DNA of 64,000 nt, from the NCBI RefSeq assembly GCF_964355755.1, contig NC_092672.1, forward strand, positions 14,570,001 through 14,634,000, given 5' to 3'. This DNA is from Antedon mediterranea. Its lineage: Eukaryota > Animalia > Echinodermata. Below the pieces are notes generated by a model. It did no database searches. It worked only from the letters and a program-made list of their open reading frames with translations, and was not told the origin of the DNA. This document shows positions 56,651 through 64,000 of this stretch, in pieces. The first letter of the stretch is position 1, and each line of letters begins with the position of its first letter. A program made the translations under genes and the position numbers.

Positions 56651-57214
56651 GATTTAATTTACTGTATAGTATAGGCCTATATCGTATATTATATGACACA
56701 AAATAAAAGCAATTCAGTACTAAACGTATTGTGCTTCAGGTTATAGGATGGCACAAGATCCTACGTCGCCTGTCCCCGGGAACCGTGTCACTGGTATCGT
56801 CACCATTTATATATTTTTCGTTCGGTAATTTCAGGTCTCATCTGTTATGAATGCTGCCCTTCCAAAAATTGCTTGTCAACTTAATGAAATAGAAATAATA
56901 ATCAATAAATTCCTCAGAGTTATCGCCGATGATTTAATTTACTGTATAGTATAGGCCTATATCGTATATTATATGACACAAAATAAAAGCAATTCAGTAC
57001 TAAACGTATTATGCTTCAGGTTATAGGATGGCACAAGATCCTACGTCGCCTGTCCCCGGGAACCGTGTCACTGGTATTGTCACCATTTATATATTTTTCG
57101 TTCGGTAATTTCAGGTCTCATCTGTTATGAATGCTGCCCTTCCAAAAATTGCTTGTCAACTTAATGAAATAGAAATAATAATCAATAAAATCCTCAGAGT
57201 TATCGCCGATGATT
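56651..57214. repeat. 280-bp tandem duplication (2 copies, ~3 differences)
   Basis: 56651-56930 repeated at 56931-57210; gatt microhomology at the junctions. Confidence 0.95.
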
Positions 57215-57449
57215 GCCTTAAGCTATCACTGTGGGGATATCACAAATTTGGTCTACCTATCAAGAACCTCGGATTTAGTTGTTAAAATTAATTGTCAACT
57301 TTCCGAAGGAGAGAAAAACTTTTGTCCCACGGAATTAAATACTGCCCTAAACTGTAACAGGATGGCGTACAAATATATTTGCATATCCACAAAGTTGGTG
57401 GTGAAATAGAGATTGTGAAGAAATACTAAAAACTACAGCATTAAACTTT

Positions 57450-58200
57450 ATAGGAATGTATTGCATGATTAAGGAAATTGTAGGAACGAAGTAAAGAGAT
57501 GAAACCATTCTAATAAGAAAAGACCAGATAATGACTAGATGACTATAGAATATATTAGGGAACTTAATATAAGTATAATTAAAGAAGCAATTCGCAGGAT
57601 GAAAAGAGGGAAGTCAATTGGATTATATTTGTATGCTAAGGTCTCTGTAGAAATATTGGTACAGGTTCAAAGAGATGTATTTTGCATGTTTCATTAATTT
57701 CCAAAGAGATTAGTCCAACATAAATCCAACAAGGGTTGGAGATAGATGGAAGCGATCTCATGATCATAACATAAATCCAACAAGGGTTGGAGATAGATAA
57801 AAGCGATCTCATGATCATAACATAAATCCAACAAGGGTTGGAGATAGATGGAAGCGATCTCATGATCATAAGGAATATCTCTGGAACAAATTGGTGACCA
57901 CTGTTTATGTTGATGGAGAAGTAGAAAATTATATTGTAGCAGTATATTATTGCGAAATGATTTTGAGGAGAACTGATATGCACATGACGCCGTATTAATA
58001 AGTTATGGAGAAGATTTAATATTTTAGACAAGATAGTGTAGAGGAAAGTGAAAGGAAAGGCTTAAATAGCAAAATGATAGAATGTATGGTCTTCTCGAAG
58101 TGCCGAGAACCACCAACATGCACTCTAAGGATCGGAAATGACATCGGATAACTGAGAAATACTTGAGATGTAGGCCAATTTACTGCCGCAGATGTAATTG
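57450..58200 (+). mobile_element. Degraded non-LTR retrotransposon (RTE-like LINE) reverse transcriptase remnant
   Basis: Peptide remnants IKEAIRRMKRGKS.G (~57578), YAHDAVLI (degenerate YADD, 57977), LDKIV/EESERKGLN..ECMV; many frameshifts; contains a 51-bp x3 tandem repeat at ~57717-57870. Confidence 0.7.
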
Positions 58201-58822
58201 TGAAGAAATCAAATATCGTATCAGACATTGCATTGCTAATTTAAGCCGGGAGTATAATCTGTCCAACACTAATGATATTTCACCATGAGGTGGTTGTTTC
58301 AGATAGAAATGTTATAAAATCACATCTGTTAGCATTGCATCTACAGAAGGTATAATATCTGGTCTCGATCGTTCATATAAATTTCTCAAACTATCCATTC
58401 CACTTCCTATAAAACGTTATGACATCCATCGAAGCGATTGATTCAAGAAGCTATTTATTTATTATTCATATTGAAGATACAGATAACTATGTAATAGGCT
58501 CTTGCGACGTCACCAATATATCGATTTTCATGTAAAAAGAAATATAGGCATGGTCTGTTTATGCTCTGTATGCAATGCATTATAATGAAAAACAAAAACT
58601 ATAGGCCTACATTTCCGTCGTTTTACACATTCTTAATATTATGTCAACTGCTACTTTGACAGATTTATACTTTACTTTCGTAAGTCCTTGATTGACATTG
58701 AGTGTGATGTCACGAATAATGTTGCCGAACTTTGGACATCATAGTAGAATGAGAACTTATTTATTACGAGAAATGTGCATGTGTTTTAAAATATCTGGAT
58801 ATCTAAAGTTAAAATCGATAAT

Positions 58823-58912
58823 TTCATGAATTCATCTATTATAACCATGGAGTAATAATTACTACTCCATGATATAACTAACATATGTTGGTTATATAGA
58901 TGAATTCATGAA
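58823..58912. repeat. Nested palindromes
   Basis: Outer arms ttcatgaattcatcta / tagatgaattcatgaa enclose two near-perfect palindromes (58840-58876 and 58873-58896). Confidence 0.8.
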
Positions 58913-60159
58913 TTTTTATAACAATATATTACATTTTTATATTATTATTATATATAGTACTACTGAACTGTACAGGTCACAACAGAACTAAAGTGGAAAT
59001 GCAGCCTTAGAAACTAACGCTTCATTAACTATATATATAATGACAATCATGCGCATGCTATCACAGGAACAATAGCACCGGATTTTTGTCATAAGTTTGG
59101 AGTAATATAAAACCAAATTACAAGGTGCTGTGCCAGAATAGAAATAAGAACAAAGATACGAATGAAATTAATATAATTATAAAGATCGACAACAGAGGTT
59201 GGAGCCAGGTAGACTAGCTTTGGGTTCTATGCACTTTCATTTAATATCGGCGGACAATTCATTAAACAGCGTGTTTTGTGTGTACTGTGAACTAACACAC
59301 GCTTCGGCTTCTCAGTCTCTTTTTTGCGTAATTGAAAACCTGCGCGACAGCAATGTAAAGCTCATATTGTAATTAGCAACATAATGCTATGCGATTTTAG
59401 ATGAAGTTATTTTCTTTTAAATTTATATTAAACCAAACAACTCATTTTAATGAAATGACTTCGTCAACATGCATTATTTGTATTGGATGGTACGATAGAG
59501 AATTATTGGTCTCTATCTATAGCCAATGATAAACTTTTAGTAGGCTACTTTTAAATATATTGTTTTTGTTTTATTGGCACTTACTCGAGAATCAGTGGCA
59601 CACACATTTCGGTGGTGCGTGCCGTCGGTGGTGCGTCCAATTATAAACAACAACATATAAAAGTAAATAATGATTAAACTTACATAATTTCAGGTAAACA
59701 TGACAAATCATCATGAGCGAATTGAATAAATAAATTTAAAACAATAAATAAAAACTAATACACTGTAGTAACAATTTATACTTAAATAAATAATTTAAAA
59801 CAATTAGGTAATGAGCAAATTAATCTACAGATACAATAGGTCAGTGGTAAATAAAAATAAACAAAAATATACGTTTCAAAAGTGAGATATGGATCTATTT
59901 TGAAATTATAGATACAGCAAACGGCAAATAAAAGATTTATTTGCTTAATGATTAGTTAATATTTTATAAATGATCAGCTTTCAGGAGTGTAGGCTGGGAG
60001 AGGGATGCGAGGGATGCGGCCGCACCACCCCTCCTCAGCTAGCCCAACCATGGTATAGGGCTGGTCCTGGAAGACTTATATATTTTGTTTCATATCAAGT
60101 ATAATAAGTCCAATTTCCGGGGACCTAGCAACTCTGTTTTTCAAAATTGTCTTAGCTCC

Positions 60160-60352
60160 ACCCCAACCGCGATGGACTGGCCTAGCCCCCCCAACCACGG
60201 TGGACTGGCCTAGCCCCCCAACCACGGTGGACTGGCCTAGCCCCCCAACCACGGTGGACTGGCCTAGCCCCCCAACCACGGTGGACTGGCCTAGCACCCC
60301 AACCACGGTGGACTGGCCTAGCCCCCCAACCACGATGGACTGGCCTAGCCCC
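60160..60352. repeat. 27-bp GC-rich tandem repeat x ~7
   Basis: Unit accacggtggactggcctagcccccca. Confidence 0.93.
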
Positions 60353-60499
60353 GTAGACTTATAATTTTGTTTCATACTTCAATGTATAAGTGTAATTTTC
60401 GGGGACCTGTTAGCTTTATTTCAATTTTCAGCCAAAGTCCATATTCTAAAAAATGTGCTTAGCCCCAACCATATCGGCATTGGTAAAGAGAATGGGTGT

Positions 60500-60700
60500 A
60501 GAAATTATCACCGAAGAGCAAGCAAGGGAAACATGTATTGTGCCTTTATTGATTTTATACAAGCTTTTGTCAGCATAGAAACTTCATCAACTAAATATTC
60601 CTTCAAACTTCGTTCAGTTAATACAGAGTATGTACACAAATACACAGACCATAGCATAGGGAATTGAATGTCATGCTGGCTTAAAACAATATTTTTCTCC
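60500..60700 (+). mobile_element. LINE reverse-transcriptase fragment (CR1/L2-group-like)
   Basis: KGNMYCAFIDFIQAFVSI resembles the RT motif YxxFxDFxKAFDSV. Confidence 0.6.
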
Positions 60701-60866
60701 GATTCTTTTTATTCTTTTCCTTAACGACTTAAACGACGATTATATCAAATATATTATTTGCAGACGATTTAATATTGTTTTCCTATTCAATTATTGGGTT
60801 ACAAAAGCAATAAATTTGTCTACAAACATACCACACTAAAATTAATTAAAATGGAGGTACTTTGAT

Positions 60867-61178
60867 CAATTATCCATGTCACCATCCACCATGAAGGTCT
60901 CCGTCATCAGTCACTAAATCCACCATTAATTATTCATGTCACCATCCACCATGAAGGTCTCCATCATCAGTCACTAAAACCACCATCAGTTATCCATGTC
61001 ACCATCCACCATGAGGGTCTCCATCATCATTCATTAAAACCATCATCAATTATCCATGTCACCATCCATCATGAAGTTCTCCATCATTAGTCATTAAAAC
61101 CACCATCAATTATCCATGTCACCATCCACCATGACCATCTCCATCATCATCAGTCACTAAAACCACCATTAATTATCC
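60867..61178. repeat. ~60-bp diverged tandem repeat x 5
   Basis: Unit caattatccatgtcaccatccaccatgaaggtctccatcatcagtcactaaaaccaccat. Confidence 0.92.
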
Positions 61179-61887
61179 AGGTAAAATGTATATTTAATCT
61201 AAACATTCATATAACAGTCGACTACCGACACATGTCGAAAAGTCCCTATCAGCGCATTGTCAACATCAAATCAATATTCCTACATCCACATTTTTATTAA
61301 ATCCATACGCAACAAGACATAATAGAACAAAACCAAAAACTTTTGCAAAATCTACATTTGTTTAATCGGTCATCCAAATCTTGTAATTTATTATTATGTT
61401 TATATCCTAACAAATCCAAATATAATTCAATTTTAAAAGGATCAACATATTGATATTAGCCCTATGTGACACTTCCTTATTACCAGACTGACTTAGAATT
61501 AATTGTGCATCTCAGATCATTTTTTTATTCTTTCACAGACCTGGAACTTGGAAAAATAAAATATCAGGAGGTTTTTTAAACTATAGAGGGTGCTATAATA
61601 CTATATCACACCATAAAGGGTGCTATTAAAAAACATAAAATATTTGCATTTATAATTGTAAATATGCATAACCAACACATGAATTGATTATAAACAAATA
61701 TTTGTATGTTTTTTATTTTCTTATCAATATCTAGAGTAGCAGAAATTATAAATTTATACATATATATCAGAAGATTTTTTGTATAGACCTTTACATTTTG
61801 TTTGCTTCATTTTAGCAGGAGAGTGGGAGATGACTTGATGATTCCAGCCATTATGGGGAGAGTTGGGAGGTCTGCCTTCATCTTCAT

Positions 61888-61969
61888 AGTAACGACTTTG
61901 CTTGAGGTTTACCTATGCAGTAATATCTAGTAACGACTTTGCTTGAGGTTTACCTATGCAGTAATATCT
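61888..61969. repeat. 41-bp tandem duplication
   Basis: tagtaacgactttgcttgaggtttacctatgcagtaatatc x2. Confidence 0.9.
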
Positions 61970-62104
61970 GTAATTCATCTATTATGCCATTTTTTTGTTT
62001 TTTGTTTTTGGTTCCTTAAAAAAGAATGAAAAAAAAAAAAAACTTTAATAAAAACAACTTATATTAAATTTTCACCCAAGGTCAACATTTATAATTTTTA
62101 TATA

Positions 62105-62330
62105 CCGTATTTATTTGAATAAACGCCCCACTATGAATAAACTCCTCCCTCGAATAAAATTCCCCAATAGAACATCAATTTTTATATTTTCACTTCATTT
62201 ACACTTCTCGATATATTATGTAGTATTTTTTCACATCAAGAGTGTATTTTTTTTTTATTATACATGTTACCATATTACACCTAAAAAATTAAATGCCTCC
62301 CCAAATAAGTGCCCTTGGGTGTTAAAAATA
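62105..62330. mobile_element. pogo-type MITE fragment (TA-CCGTA end)
   Basis: ta-ccgtatttatttgaataaacgccc with repeated gaataaac/aaataag(t)gccc motifs. Confidence 0.45.
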
Positions 62331-62401
62331 ACATAGCCATGACTGGTTTTTTCACAAATTTAATTTTGTTCATAATTTTTCCTTTTTGGCTATGACGGCA
62401 T

Positions 62402-62678
62402 AATGTTTGCCCTCTAAACCAGTGCATGTTGAGTTTGAGCATATCACCTAAATCACCAATGTTTGCCCTCTAAACCAGTGCATGTTGAGTTTGAGCATAT
62501 CACCTAAATCACCAATGTTTGCCCTCTAAACCAGTGCATGTTGAGTTTGAGCATATCACCTAAATCACCAATGTTTGCCCTCTAAACCAGTGCATGTTGA
62601 GTTTGAGCATATCACCTAAATCACCAATGTTTGCCCTCTAAACCAGTGCATGTTGAGTTTGAGCATATCACCTAAATT
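62402..62678. repeat. 56-bp tandem repeat x 5
   Basis: Unit aatgtttgccctctaaaccagtgcatgttgagtttgagcatatcacctaaatcacc. Confidence 0.95.
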
Positions 62679-62990
62679 GCCACTGGTGAATTTCAGTAAT
62701 GGTAGTAAAATATTAAGTAAATACAGACATTTTTAATAGGCTATTTAACTTACGATTGCTGTTTGTAGGTAAAAGATTTTCTACTAGATTGTGGGTTTGG
62801 TCCTCGTTTGGTACCACTCTGCAAAAAAATGACATCAAATAAACAGAAATGTCAGAACCGTAAACTTTTTTTTCTGTATTATTAGTTCTCCGCACCTCAC
62901 TCATTGTGATTGTCAGGATATTTTTTTTCCTTCTATCATATTCTTTTTGTTTTCCACAATTTTTGTTGCAGCTGTATCTGTATTGTTTAA

Positions 62991-63272
62991 AGACCCATTT
63001 GCTACAATCAAAATTCCCTACGTTTTAGGGAACATTAGGATAAAAAGATAGAAACAATGCACTAGTAGTTCGCCGTGAATTTCCTCTCTTGGACGGTCTT
63101 TAGGCCTAGCCTAGTTAGGCTTAGTTTTTTTAGGCCTAGCTGGTGGTAAACAGCAGTAACGTACGAACATTGTACACCAGCTATAGGCCTAACCTACTTG
63201 CTGCATTAATTGCCTTTCTATTTTTGCCAGAATACACAAACACTAACTATTTTATTTTCATTTAGGCTTCAC
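62991..63272 (-). mobile_element. Degraded, internally deleted second copy of the Kolobok-like MITE
   Basis: Starts TTAA-agaccc; aligns with the reverse complement of ~28225-28620 (gaaacaatgcacta, ggacggtctt, gtaacgtacgaacat, ttgctgcattaattg, tttctatttttgccaga). Confidence 0.78.
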
Positions 63273-64000
63273 AGTATTTTAGAGGCAGATCCAGACTTGT
63301 TGGTTTGGGGAAGGAGAAGATCTAGCTGGGGTTGCTCAACCATCCTCATCCGAAGACAGGCTTTTTTACATTTTTCCAACCATGTGTGATAAGATAATGA
63401 ACTTGGATAATGTAGTAGGCCTTAGTCTGGGTAATATGGGTCTCATATTAATTGAAGTCCTAAGTCAAAATAATGGAGTTAAAGTTTTAGGCTTAGGAAG
63501 TACATAATTTGGCTATACAGATTCAAGATTCTAGGTCCTCATTGTGGCCAAGTTTGGTAGATATTTGAATAATAACTGTGGGCTCTAGGTGGGTAACAAC
63601 TAACATAGAAACATACCTAGGGGTACAAACATAACCTGGATGGAGGGGTAATTATTGTTATACAGCAATTCATGATACTGCAGGTAATGTATATATTTTA
63701 TCTTAAATAATATTACTTGAGCCTAAACAAAGTTCAATAAATATGGCTTTTTGTTGTTTGTTTTATACATGATCTACCATTTGGTTCATATATCTCTACC
63801 ATAACAACCCCAAAGCTAAGACTGTAATTTACATAATTAACAAAAAAACACTTATCTTCTGAAGGTTTTTTCCCCCTCAATTTCAACAAAAAGATTTATA
63901 AACACAATTTAAAACTAAGAAAGAATGGAAATGAAACTTACTTTGAACTTGTGGCGCTCTCTGTTGGGATCAAACTGCTTGCCTACATTTGAATGTTTAT

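Overview
AT-rich metazoan genomic DNA with spliceosomal GT-AG introns, probably an invertebrate (inferred; the organism cannot be identified from the sequence). Three intact + strand genes can be rebuilt by hand. XRN1 has 34 coding exons at 128-29656 (first exon lies outside the window). LRRC47 has 5 exons at 34592-40111. An NR0B (SHP/DAX1-type) nuclear receptor lacking a DNA-binding domain has 2 coding exons at 53665-54905. Between XRN1 and LRRC47 is a 2.63-kb DNA transposon (TACG...CGTA terminal inverted repeats, 6-bp ATTATA target duplication, IS3EU-like) that carries a decayed intronless protein kinase and no recognisable transposase. The kinase activation segment is broken by a double fold-back insertion. 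The rest is minisatellites (which explain all the very long ORFs at 19-22 kb), MITEs (Kolobok-, pogo-, Harbinger- and Helentron-like), SINE and LINE remnants, and a Penelope-type minimal hammerhead motif. The palindrome TAGGCCTA is strongly over-represented. All coordinates and counts were made by eye.
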